IMG/VR virus record: IMGVR_UViG_3300010223_000004
Coordinates: 1-48,667 of that record
From: a virus
Lineage: Duplodnaviria > Caudoviricetes
Direction: 5' to 3' (one strand)
DNA: 48,667 nucleotides
Every line of letters begins with the position of its first letter. The first letter of the stretch is position 1. Shown here in pieces: positions 17,115 through 27,233 of the stretch. Under the pieces are notes generated by a model that saw only the letters and a list, made by a program, of their open reading frames with translations, had not been told where the DNA came from and ran no database searches. The translations under genes were made by a program, and so were the position numbers.

Positions 17115-18581
17115 GACCAGGATTATTGTAGATATCGATCACCCGCAAGCCGATAGGCGAGCTGTGGATGATTTAGTGAATGAATTGGACTCCACTATCC
17201 GAGGATCTATAGATGCGAATATCTGGGGTAGAGCTTCAGTCTTGATGGAGGTTGTCGATGTACCAACTGATTGACAGTGCTGGGGTACGGCATATAGCCC
17301 AGGATCGTGAATACCCGACTTGCACTCAGTGCGGTTTGGCGGATTGCGGACCTTGGATCGGCGCTATCGATATTGAGGGAAGCATGTTCTGCTACTACTG
17401 CTGGAAGAATTATCATGGATGAGGAAAGGCTGAGACGACTCGTCCGACCCGACTGTCCGGAGGAAAATTTCGAGGCGTTCAAGCGTGCGGTCGATAGGAT
17501 TCTTGTTCGATATCCGATCCCTAAGCATGGTTATGTTGATAACCGGAAGCGAGAGCGAGAGGCGGCTATCCGGTCCGCCGCCAAGGTTCTCGTCGGGGAG
17601 GATAGCCCTCGCGATGCCAGTCAGTATTGGCTCAAGCAGAAGGAGATCGAGCGTATGGCTCTCGCTCGGATGAGTGGAGTCATTGCCGCCAGTTTCGAGC
17701 TGGGGCTGGCGACTGAGGCGGATATGGTGCGGGAGCTTCCGGTCACGAGAAACACGATCCGCTCTGCCTTAGGCATCCCACGGCAGGGATGATACTATAC
17801 ATATAGACAAACAAAGGATACACGATGGACGAGAAGAAGATCCGCGATCTTGTCGATGTAGAGGTGGCCCACGCCGAAGGCTACGACAAGGGTTACGCGG
17901 TAGGCGTCATGGAGATGGCCAGCCGTATGGAGCAGGCGCTTAGAGAGGCAGCGGCTACCGGCTGGGATACGGCTGTCAGTAATCTGCAGTATGAGGACGG
18001 CACTCCGATGGAGGTTGTCAGCAATATCAACCCCTATAGGGATTAGCCCATGAATATCTTGAAACGGATAATCCAAGCCGTAGACCCTCGGTTCGAGGAC
18101 GTGAAAATCGGAGAGTGTTTCCCCGATTTCAGTAATCGTGAGACGGGCTTATGGTGCGATGAGTGCCTTAAGAGCACGGTGGTATCCGTTCCTATTAAGT
18201 GGAATGGCAAGGAAGGCATGCAGGAGATCGGAAGATTCACAATGTGCGAGGAGCACGATCTAGATGACTAGGACGCACAGCGCTACAGTTTCCCTCGCCC
18301 TCTCCTGGCGTGCAGCTCTCAAGCGCGAGTACGTGGCCCTCGTGGAGTCTCAGGTCCGATTCGCGGAAGAGTGGACGCGGGGCCACATGCTCAGACCTGA
18401 GTCCAGGTACACCGATGTGTTCAGCCTGTTCTATGGGCCGGAGAAGCGGGCGATGATCCACGCCAGTGATGAGCTGAAAGAGTTCTGGCGTACTCAGTGC
18501 CCACGGGTCACGTTCGAGGAATACGAGCAGTGGAAAGTAGACGAGTTCCTCGGCGAATATCCAGGAGTGTTGCCAGTATGA
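17107..18581 (+). CDS. Run of small hypothetical genes (17107-17274, about 17416-17792, 17825-18046, 18050-18271, 18264-18581)
   Basis: Tightly packed co-oriented ORFs; no recognisable domains. Confidence 0.6.
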
Positions 18582-19266
18582 GTAGTTTCTACTGCAACCG
18601 CGGATTCTCGATTGTCAGGGACGGTCCGATCACAGACGGAGGCTGAGTAATGTACGAGGTACAGCACCGCTCGGACACCGTTCGCGGCGAGTGGGGGGGG
18701 GGCCTACCGCGCGGGATTCGCAGATAGGCGTGCGGCGGAGAAAAGCGCGGCAGTCGTTAGGCCGCCTGCGGGGGATGCCTGAAAGACTCCGACACGTTGG
18801 AGTACTCATACGCAGCATGGAAGGACTCCGAGGACACCCATCCTGGGCTCGGCGGCGAGCTATACCCGGCCGACAATCCCGACGCATGTTGCATCGGATG
18901 CTTCGCAAAAGAGAGGCGACGACCAGCGCGGCGGCAACCACTACGAGGATAAGTGATCACCCATATGTCCAAACTTATATATGTTAGACCCAAGACGCGC
19001 AAGCCCAGGTACACGGTGAGGTACAGCCATCTTCCGTGGGACAAGCTGGAGGGGAGCGACCCTCGCAGTATGGCGCTGGCGCTCCTCCGCCGCGGACATG
19101 GTTCATGGTCCGCCTGAGGATGCTCACCTACCCCAAGCGGAACTACACGCTGGGGGTGTATGACAACTATGCCGACGAGGTAGAGTCGTAGGTATACATT
19201 GAGCCCGACAACTTATAGGTGGTAGACATGGATACGGTTTCCGACCGTCACTTAAAGGTGACAGTT

Positions 19267-19731
19267 ATGACCACCGAGGACGGTAGGGCAATCAGGTATG
19301 ACTCGGATGGGCGCAAGCTTTGTGCGGGAATCGTGAAGCACACGGGCCAACCGTGCATGCTTCCCGCGATGAGCAAGCAGGACGTTTGCCAGCATCATGG
19401 AGGCAAATCTAGTGGACCTAAGCGGGCAGCAAGACTCAAGCTTTTGGACCTGATCGAGCCCGCACTTGCCACCCTCGCCAGGGAGATGGCGTCTACTACC
19501 AATAAGCCAGCGGACAGGATTCGAGCGGCGGAGAACATTCTCGACAGGGCAGGTGTGTCGAGGGTTCACACTATCGAGACCGATGACGCGAGAGCCCTGC
19601 TCATGATGAAGATCGAGGAAGCTCGCGCACAGGCAGAGCAGACAGTGCAGGACATGACGAAGGAGTTGGAGAGCAATGAGCAAGCTGGGGAAGCTGCTGA
19701 GGAAGCTGCTGCGGATCGGGAGCGTGAGTGA
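19267..19731 (+). CDS. Terminase small subunit-like protein (HGG motif)
   Basis: CAG...TGQPC...C..HGGKS, then RIRAAENILDRAG. Confidence 0.65.
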   Translation: MTTEDGRAIRYDSDGRKLCAGIVKHTGQPCMLPAMSKQDVCQHHGGKSSGPKRAARLKLLDLIEPALATLAREMASTTNKPADRIRAAENILDRAGVSRVHTIETDDARALLMMKIEEARAQAEQTVQDMTKELESNEQAGEAAEEAAADRERE

Positions 19732-19852
19732 GGCAACGATCTCACAGCTATACGTGGACCCGGAGACACACGCAATCAAAGTGATGACATCCCACGGAGA
19801 CACGGGCAATAGCAACGGCCCGCACCTGCATTTCAAGGTGCCCGCCAAATGA
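19724..19852 (+). CDS. 42-aa peptide carrying an M23 peptidase HxH motif
   Basis: MSEATISQLYVDPETHAIKVMTSHGDTGNSNGPHLHFKVPAK; overlaps both neighbouring genes. Confidence 0.55.
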   Translation: MSEATISQLYVDPETHAIKVMTSHGDTGNSNGPHLHFKVPAK

Positions 19853-20382
19853 AATGCGCCTACTGCGGTCGTGAGGGGGAGCTGCTGGGCGGGCTTGCCT
19901 CCCGATACTCGGAGCCGTTGGGCAGGTGGATCGAAATAGACCTGTGCCATCTGGACGAGGACCACGACATGAAGAAGTTCCTGCGGGACCCAGGCCACGA
20001 CACTCGTTCGTGTTACGAGCTGGTCACGTCCGACGCCAAGCAGCTGGAGCAGGCTTTCCAGACGGCCGAGGTGATGGAGCTTGGGGAGAGGAACGCCAGC
20101 AGGTGGAAGAACACTCTGGACTATCTGAAGAGGATGTAGCAAATGGACTGGCGGGATTTGAAGGCAGCCGAGAAGATTCTGGAGATGGCAGGATTAAGTC
20201 CACGGAAGGACAAGCAGATGATCTCGAACGAGCTGGCCGAATCACTGGAGCTGGTCAAGGAAATCGAGGAAGTGGCTCGTGGGATCTACGCCCACATGAC
20301 AGCCAACGGGTGGAACGAGCAGGCAGCGGAGGCGGTGGCAGTCAACTGGATGCTGGCCATTATTCACAAGGGCTACCAGTAG
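19849..20382 (+). CDS. Two small hypothetical proteins (19849-20139, 20143-20382)
   Basis: Co-oriented ORFs. Confidence 0.65.
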
Positions 20383-20472
20383 CCAACCCGCTGAGCACCC
20401 TGCTGATCGGGGCGCAACGAGCGCGTCCACGGGGTAGGGTGAAGTCACCCGACAATAAGTAAGGATCGAAGC

Positions 20473-20901
20473 ATGAAACCTGTGACAGGTGTTATCGCAT
20501 TCATCGTCATCATCGCCGTACTGCTGGTGGCAGTCGTCTATGGTCTCGGAGGATTCCAGCGGCTCACTGCCGGGTTCCGTGGCGAGACCAGTCAAATCGA
20601 GAAGACCAAGGCCGACGGTGATTACCGCATCGCCGCCTATGATGAGTTCTTCTCCAAGTGCAGCGCGATCCAGGCTGCCGAGGATTCTATCGCCAACCAG
20701 ATCGCGGAGCGCGAGTACGCATCCCCGGAGCGCAAGCACCAGATCGACGCGAACGTGACGGCAACCCGAAACCAGCGCGCCCAGCTGATTCGCGAGTACA
20801 ACGCCGATGCCACGCGGGAGGCAACCGCAGGACAGTTCCGGGACAGCAACCTGCCGTACCAGATCGACATCGACCAGGAGACCACCGAATGCGCAAGCTG
20901 A
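20473..20901 (+). CDS. Membrane-anchored protein
   Basis: N-terminal TM, helical ectodomain. Confidence 0.75.
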   Translation: MKPVTGVIAFIVIIAVLLVAVVYGLGGFQRLTAGFRGETSQIEKTKADGDYRIAAYDEFFSKCSAIQAAEDSIANQIAEREYASPERKHQIDANVTATRNQRAQLIREYNADATREATAGQFRDSNLPYQIDIDQETTECAS

Positions 20902-21440
20902 CTATCGCCGCTGTAGCGGCCATTATCGGACTTGCAGGACTCACCGCATGCACTGACGATAGCGTACAGAATGATGAACGAGCCGCCAGGCAGAGCGGGT
21001 ACGAGAAGGCGTCCAAGCGTCAGCCTGCCCACGTCATGAAGTACAGCCCGACGCGGGAGACGATCTCCAAGTGGGGAAAGACGTGGGAGAAGGAAGGCAA
21101 GCTCTCGTACGTCTATCTGCTCAACAGTATGGGCGATACGGTCGGGTACTACGTGCTCAAGGGACTGCCCGTCAGCTATTGCGCCAGCCTGACACCGACG
21201 TGGGACTTTACGCGTCAGGACGGTAAGTTCTTCCAGGTTCCCGCACCCGGCATCGATCAGGTGTACTACGGCAACTCGGGCGGACTCTGCTCCACCTACT
21301 ACGGGTTCGACGCGACGACCGGAGCGTACATCGAGTACACGACAGGTCAGGGGATCAACGCTCTACTGTATGACCAGCCACTGCCAAGGTTCGAGGATGC
21401 CAAGCCGCTCGGCCAGACGAGTACGAAAGATGTCAAGTGA
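20889..21440 (+). CDS. Lipoprotein
   Basis: MRKLTIAAVAAIIGLAGLTAC signal peptide with lipobox. Confidence 0.75.
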   Translation: MRKLTIAAVAAIIGLAGLTACTDDSVQNDERAARQSGYEKASKRQPAHVMKYSPTRETISKWGKTWEKEGKLSYVYLLNSMGDTVGYYVLKGLPVSYCASLTPTWDFTRQDGKFFQVPAPGIDQVYYGNSGGLCSTYYGFDATTGAYIEYTTGQGINALLYDQPLPRFEDAKPLGQTSTKDVK

Positions 21441-22012
21441 TCCTGCCTGACTACCTGATTATCCGGCATCTGCAGGATAGGATCGAGCCGTTCGACCGCT
21501 CGATGATTCAGCCCGCGAGTATCGACGTGCGGTTGTCGAACATCTTCCAAGTGCTAGACAATTCTCAGTTCCCGCACGCTATCGACCCTGCCCAGGACAA
21601 CAGCCCGTCGTTTGATCGGGTGCCGATTCCGTGGGATGGGTACTTCACGCTCAACCCGCACACGTTCGCCCTGGCGTCTACGGTCGAGAAGTTCACCATG
21701 CCGGAAGACTTGGCAGGCAGGTTCGAGGGCAAGTCGTCACTCGGACGCCTCGGACTGCTGACCCACATCACTGCTGGCTTCATCGACCCAGGGTTTCAGG
21801 GGCACATCACGCTGGAGCTGTCTAACGTGACCAACCGCCCGATCAAGCTCTACCCGGGTATGAAGATCGGGCAGATGTGCTTTATCAAAATGGGCGGGGC
21901 AGTGACTACGCCGTACGGGATGATCGGCCTAGGTTCGCACTACCAAGGTCAGTCAGAGCCTCAAATAAGTAAAAGTCATGAGAACTTTTACATCTATCGT
22001 CCGGAAGAGTGA
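21437..22012 (+). CDS. dcd: dCTP deaminase
   Basis: IQPASIDVRL, EGKSSLGRLGL, TAGFIDPGFQGHITLEL, YQGQ. Confidence 0.96.
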   Translation: MILPDYLIIRHLQDRIEPFDRSMIQPASIDVRLSNIFQVLDNSQFPHAIDPAQDNSPSFDRVPIPWDGYFTLNPHTFALASTVEKFTMPEDLAGRFEGKSSLGRLGLLTHITAGFIDPGFQGHITLELSNVTNRPIKLYPGMKIGQMCFIKMGGAVTTPYGMIGLGSHYQGQSEPQISKSHENFYIYRPEE

Positions 22013-22624
22013 ACATGTTTTGTTGGTTGGCGTCCAAGGCGCAGGATTTTTTGGACCTGTTCAAGCGGTATGAGGTAGTTGTCAGCAACCACGGCATAGG
22101 CATCAGCCCTATCCGTATTCGCTGCTGGCGTCTTCGGGAGGCTGAGGTTCTGAGGGATTATCTAGAGGCTGTGCAGCTTGCCGATATCGAGATCAAGGAT
22201 CTAACCGATGTACGTGAGTAAGCACAACAAGTCCGCCTATATCGACCACACCGAGCACGAGATTATCGCCCGCCTTATCGAGGGTCACTCCGTGCTCAAA
22301 TATGGCGACGACATTCTGCAGCTCGACAACAATGTCAACCTAAAGGTTCTACCTAATGATGGTTGCGGGGGATGCCCGACAGGCGAGGCGTGGCTGAAGA
22401 AGATCCGGGGTACGGAGAACGTCATTACTCGGGTGGAGCCTGTGCTCGTAGAGGACGCCGGGGAGAAGTCTGGCGGGGATCTGAAGTGGACTCTGTTCGT
22501 GTTCGCTGGCGATGAGCGTATCAATCTAGTCGAGGTGGAGGGGTTCGAGGATAACGGGTTCTATGGGGAGGGTTTCGAATTCGAGGTAAAGCTGCACCAC
22601 CTACCCGAAGACCTGCGACCGTAG
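22009..22624 (+). CDS. Two hypothetical proteins (22009-22221, 22208-22624)
   Basis: Overlapping co-oriented ORFs. Confidence 0.6.
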
Positions 22625-22633
22625 ACTATCTAT

Positions 22634-24049
22634 ATGCGTGACCTTTCACTCCATGAGCTGCTCAAGCTCGACCCGACCGAGGTCAGCGCTGTCCTAGATA
22701 CCCTGCCCGAGGAAGTCGTGGCAGCCCTGCTCGCAGAGATGGACCAGGTTACCGTCCCCCATCTGCAGGAGAAGACCCCCCTGCTCCCACACCAGAAGCC
22801 ACCGCCGGAAGGGTGGAGCGGCTGGGTTTTCCTTGGGGGACGTGGGGCAGGGAAGACATACGCATCGGCTAGGTTCACTGCCGACCTGGCGAGAACTACT
22901 TCTGGCCTGCGTGCCCGCATTATCGCCCCAACGCTGAGTGACGCGGTGAATGGTGTCGTATACGACCCGCAGTCCGGCATCCTCGCCTACGACCCAACCG
23001 CCACCTATAAGTCAGGTGGCGAGAAGGGCAGCCGTGTCGAGTGGCCCAACGGGTCAACGGTCTGGTGTGTCGGTACACCCACACTTAGAGATGTGGACCG
23101 GCTTCGCGCGCTGACCAACATCGACCTCGACGTGTTCGAGGAAGCGGCGGCTAACCCTGTGCTGGCTGAGGCGGTGCAGCAGGCCAACCTCTCACGGCGA
23201 GGTACTCGTCTGCGCCGTCCAATATGGATCGCCACGACTACTCCGCGAGTGAAGGCGACGATCCGGGAGTGGCTCAAAGACCCGAATAATGCGATCACTA
23301 GAGCCACTACGCATGACAACCCCTACACTCCCGACGCCTACCGCACCTACGCCGAGAGCCTCAGAGGCACTCGTATGTACAAGCAGGAGGTCATGGGCGA
23401 GCTGCTCGATGATGTAGAGGGCGCGCTGTGGAGCCTGGCCGATATCGAGAGGTCCTATTTCGTAGGGGATCGGGACAAACTTATAGATTCCCTCGTCAAG
23501 GTACGGGTTGGCGTAGACCCGCCGTCTGGCCCCGGCACGTGCGGTATCGTCGTGGTCGGCAAAGACGACGCAGGCAAGCTGTACGTGCTGGACGACTACT
23601 CCATTGAGGATCCGACTCCGCACCAGTGGGCGACTCGGGCCAGTGCTGCAGCTGCTGAATACGGGGCGTTGATCGTGGCCGAGGTCAACCAGGGCGGGCG
23701 CATGGTGTCCGATGTGCTGCGCAGGGTGGACCCGAGCCTGCCGATCAAGACCGTGCATGCATCTAAAGGCAAAGCCACCCGAGCCGAACCCGTAGCTCTA
23801 CTCTGGGAGTCGGAGGAACAGCGGGCCGCATTAGCTCCCGCCAAGCGCGAAGATCTGGCTGAACTGGTCAAACACCTGACGGAATGGGTGCCGGGTGAGT
23901 ATTCTCCCGACCCGCTCGACGCTATGGTGTGGGCGGCTACCGACCTGCTCGATAAGCGCCCCGGCCAGATTCAACCCCCGCCGTCACGGTCGAATAATGT
24001 AGCATCGGTACCAGCGTCATTTTCGGCAGCATTGCGCGGTGGCAGATAA
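22634..24049 (+). CDS. Terminase large subunit
   Basis: GGRGAGKT Walker A, VFEEAA Walker B, TTTP, nuclease VGVDPP and DPLDAMVWA. Confidence 0.95.
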   Translation: MRDLSLHELLKLDPTEVSAVLDTLPEEVVAALLAEMDQVTVPHLQEKTPLLPHQKPPPEGWSGWVFLGGRGAGKTYASARFTADLARTTSGLRARIIAPTLSDAVNGVVYDPQSGILAYDPTATYKSGGEKGSRVEWPNGSTVWCVGTPTLRDVDRLRALTNIDLDVFEEAAANPVLAEAVQQANLSRRGTRLRRPIWIATTTPRVKATIREWLKDPNNAITRATTHDNPYTPDAYRTYAESLRGTRMYKQEVMGELLDDVEGALWSLADIERSYFVGDRDKLIDSLVKVRVGVDPPSGPGTCGIVVVGKDDAGKLYVLDDYSIEDPTPHQWATRASAAAAEYGALIVAEVNQGGRMVSDVLRRVDPSLPIKTVHASKGKATRAEPVALLWESEEQRAALAPAKREDLAELVKHLTEWVPGEYSPDPLDAMVWAATDLLDKRPGQIQPPPSRSNNVASVPASFSAALRGGR

Positions 24050-24078
24050 TCAAGCGCACATTAGAATAGGATCGCATT

Positions 24079-24495
24079 ATGGCTCGCAATATCACTCACG
24101 ATATAGTCGCCTCTATCAGCGGCGAAGATATCAGTTACCCGAAGGCTCGGATTCTGATTGACGACAAGGGGAATGCGGCTGTGTTCTCTGAGCCAGGCCA
24201 GCCCCCGAGCCGGGAGTTCCATATCACCGAAGAGTCTCCTATGCGGGCGCAGAAGGTGACGCTAGAGACTGATATCGGTCGTGTCGTGTACCGTCGCCGG
24301 GGGTCGGCGTGCTCCTGGGCGCTGGCCAAGTGCCGAGTGCCAACCAAGCTGCTCGCGGGACGGTGGCCCGAACCGGAGCCTGAGTTCACCGAGGGCGGGG
24401 ACGTGAGCGGGTCGGTTTCAAAGACGGTCGATGAACCTCAGCGCGTCCTCTCTGCCGAGGAACTGCGTAAGAAGATGACGGGCGGTAAAGCGTGA
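24079..24495 (+). CDS. Hypothetical protein
   Basis: ORF with RBS between TerL and portal. Confidence 0.65.
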   Translation: MARNITHDIVASISGEDISYPKARILIDDKGNAAVFSEPGQPPSREFHITEESPMRAQKVTLETDIGRVVYRRRGSACSWALAKCRVPTKLLAGRWPEPEPEFTEGGDVSGSVSKTVDEPQRVLSAEELRKKMTGGKA

Positions 24496-24773
24496 TCGAT
24501 CTGGTATTGACCTCTGGTCTTGGCGCGTTCTGGCTCTGGTTCAGTATCGTCGCGTCCCCCCTCCCCGGACTCGGCTGGGTACGGCGGCTGCCGGGGCAGC
24601 ATTTCTTCCGTTGCCCTTATTGTTTCGGAGCGTGGATCGCGCTCGCCCTGACCCTGCTGCTCTCGTGGAGCGAGGACAGTCTCGGGTGGTCTACTCCGTT
24701 CGCGTGGCTGGCTGCCGCTGCCATCGTCGGGGTATTGGGTACGTTTATTCCCAGCGATGATGAGGTTGACTGA
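24492..24773 (+). CDS. Membrane protein (DUF1360-like)
   Basis: CPYCFGAW motif with three TM segments. Confidence 0.7.
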   Translation: MIDLVLTSGLGAFWLWFSIVASPLPGLGWVRRLPGQHFFRCPYCFGAWIALALTLLLSWSEDSLGWSTPFAWLAAAAIVGVLGTFIPSDDEVD

Positions 24774-26596
24774 TGGCGACTGGAACTCTGGCGAATGGGG
24801 CGCTGTCCGACAGCATCGGCGTGCGGGCCAGTCAAGAACTGGCGTGGACGTACTACGGGCGACCTGAGGATACGAAGCAACGGACTGGAGATCACTCCAA
24901 CGCTATTCGCAGTATCGGCGAGGTCCGGTACATTATCGGCTGGCATGGCGACCAGATGTCGCGTATGAAGTGGCGGGTCAGGATCAACGACTCGTATACG
25001 TGGCGGCTGCAGGTCGGCAAGGGTCAGGTGATCCGAAGCGACGAGAATCAGACCAACACCGACGATCCCACGCACCCGGCCCGCGCCAGTGAAACGCTGC
25101 TCGACGCTATCCGCTGGGGTCCGTCTACGGTCCGCCAGATCACTACCAATCTATATGTGGCTGGTGAGCTGCACTACGTAATCAACGACGATGACGAGTG
25201 GGAAGTCGTCTCCGTCATCCACTCCAACCGCAAGGACTTGCTGGAGAAGTCCAAGTTCCAGGTGCGGGGTTTGTGGCCTCACCCTGCCGACCCGGACAAG
25301 CCCGACGCTCCACTGTTCGGCGTGCTCGGTGTGTGCGAGGAACTGGACTGGCTGAGCAAGCTGGCGTCGAGCCAATCGGCCAACCGCGTCGGCATGCGCG
25401 GTGTGTTCGGTATCAGCGATGAGCTGTCGGTGCAGACTCCCCAAGGCGCTGGTGGCGAGGACACGTTCTATGATGATTTCCACCATGCGCTGAGCAAGCC
25501 GATGGATGACCCGTCCGACCTGAGCCCGGTGCTGGTGCGCGGCCCGGCGGAGACGGTCAGCTCCAAAGGTCAAGGCGGAGGCATGGCCGGTCTTTCGTGG
25601 CTGGTCCCTGATTTCCCCTACGACGACAAGATCGACGCTCGCATCGAGAAGGCTATCCAGCGTCTCGCCTACGGACTCCCGGTCCCGCCCGAGGTGCTGC
25701 TGGGCATGCAGGCTCAGAGCAGGGCGACGGCGTTCCAGGTGGAGGAATCCAGCTACCGAGCGCACATCGAGCCCGCTGCTCATATGGTCGGGTGGGTGGC
25801 CAAGCAGGCGCTTGACCTCATCATCCCGAACGTGGGGGATATCGATGTAGAACCTGACCCGACTGAGATTCTCGCGCGTCGTCATTCGACGCAGGATGCG
25901 TTCGAGGCGTTCGACCGAGGGGCTGTCGGATACTCGTACCTGCGCGAGACTCTCGGTATCCCCGAGTCGGCTGCCGCCACCGAGGAAGATATCGAGTGGA
26001 TGATCAAGCTGGGCAAGATTCAGGCCAGCCAGGCGACCGAAGACCCGGCCAATGAAGCGGTCAACGAACCCATCCTCGCATCTGTAGGTGGTCCAGACGA
26101 TGAGCCACTCGATCCCGACGAGCTGTCCTCACTCTCGGACAAGCTGGCCGACATCGACTACATGCTGATGGCAGAACTTGCCGGGGCGACTCAGCAGGCG
26201 ACGGATCGGGTACGTGAGAAGATCGGCGCTGCAGTGAGATCCAATCAGCAGGCGAGGGCTGAGGTGCCCGGCGATATTCAGCGGTCTCAGGTCGGCGCTC
26301 ATCTAGGGCTCGCTCGTCTCAAGCAGTACGGGGTGCGGGTAGACAAGATCACTGGCGACGCCATCGCAGGCCTGCTCGACTGGTGGGAGGATCGGGTGCA
26401 GCAGGCGTTCGAGGATATCCGAGGGTTGATCGGGGAGAGCGCCCCCGAGTTCTCTACCGATAACGTGGAGAAGTCGCGCGCCACTCTCGCCTCGCTCATG
26501 GACGAGCATGTCATCATGACGCTCGAAGCACCTGCAGCGCATCCCCTCCCCGCCCCGTCACGTATGCGGGTCATCTCTGTGGCTGGCGGTGCGTGA
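24773..26596 (+). CDS. Portal protein
   Basis: Position after TerL; AWTYY...IGEVRY and AIQRLAYGLPVPPEVLLG motifs. Confidence 0.85.
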   Translation: MATGTLANGALSDSIGVRASQELAWTYYGRPEDTKQRTGDHSNAIRSIGEVRYIIGWHGDQMSRMKWRVRINDSYTWRLQVGKGQVIRSDENQTNTDDPTHPARASETLLDAIRWGPSTVRQITTNLYVAGELHYVINDDDEWEVVSVIHSNRKDLLEKSKFQVRGLWPHPADPDKPDAPLFGVLGVCEELDWLSKLASSQSANRVGMRGVFGISDELSVQTPQGAGGEDTFYDDFHHALSKPMDDPSDLSPVLVRGPAETVSSKGQGGGMAGLSWLVPDFPYDDKIDARIEKAIQRLAYGLPVPPEVLLGMQAQSRATAFQVEESSYRAHIEPAAHMVGWVAKQALDLIIPNVGDIDVEPDPTEILARRHSTQDAFEAFDRGAVGYSYLRETLGIPESAAATEEDIEWMIKLGKIQASQATEDPANEAVNEPILASVGGPDDEPLDPDELSSLSDKLADIDYMLMAELAGATQQATDRVREKIGAAVRSNQQARAEVPGDIQRSQVGAHLGLARLKQYGVRVDKITGDAIAGLLDWWEDRVQQAFEDIRGLIGESAPEFSTDNVEKSRATLASLMDEHVIMTLEAPAAHPLPAPSRMRVISVAGGA

Positions 26597-26895
26597 TGGC
26601 CGACAACCGAGACCCGATGCTGTCCGGCTTGGCTCAGGGCGTGGCCGCCATGGCTGCCCTGAACAAGCTGGGCATCTTCGCGTCGGGATGGTTCTGGAGG
26701 TGGCGTCCGGGGGTCAAGGGCGGGGTGTTTGAACCGCACCTCAACTTGAACGGCGTCTACGCCAGCGACGTGTTGGACTTCGGATCTATGCCCCAAGGCG
26801 ACGTGAACGGCGACTACTGCGAGTGTCAGCTGCAGACCGTGTTCCGTGACGAGCGGGGCCGGTTCGCTAAGAATCCGATTCGCAGGGATCGGTGA
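26593..26895 (+). CDS. Short MuF-like minor head protein
   Basis: PHLNLNG...PQGD...CECQL motif after the portal. Confidence 0.55.
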   Translation: MMADNRDPMLSGLAQGVAAMAALNKLGIFASGWFWRWRPGVKGGVFEPHLNLNGVYASDVLDFGSMPQGDVNGDYCECQLQTVFRDERGRFAKNPIRRDR

Positions 26896-27026
26896 CGTGC
26901 AGTAGCACGAGTAGTGACGGGATTATCGTCAGCAAGATTCCGGCATGTAGCGATACCGCTGCGGTATCTGGATTTTCGTAAAGGTACTACGTGATCATCT
27001 GCATGAGGTCATTAATTGTCTTACTC

Positions 27027-27170
27027 CTAATGTGTGTAGATCGTGAAAACGGTGAAGAAAAAGTCGAGTGATTCGGAGAACTTCGATGAACCGACTAGCA
27101 GTGCTAGTCCGATGAATCCGGCGATGCCTTAGACCGTGAGAGCCAGTTCCTTGATGAACCTAATCTTCAT
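27027..27170 (-). pseudogene. Antisense small membrane-protein gene with an internal TAA
   Basis: MKIRFIKELALTV*GIAGFIGLALLVGSSKFSESLDFFFTVFTIYTH after the recurrent promoter motif (27168-27187). Confidence 0.45.
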
Positions 27171-27233
27171 ACATATAGTATAACACACTCCCCGGTCCTT
27201 GCAAACCCTTTGCAGAGATGTCACCCTTAAGTT

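Noticed and set aside
20395-20445. Hairpin with a 30-nt interior as another guide unit
   Set aside because: Neither strand shows the CG...CCA loop or the edge boxes.
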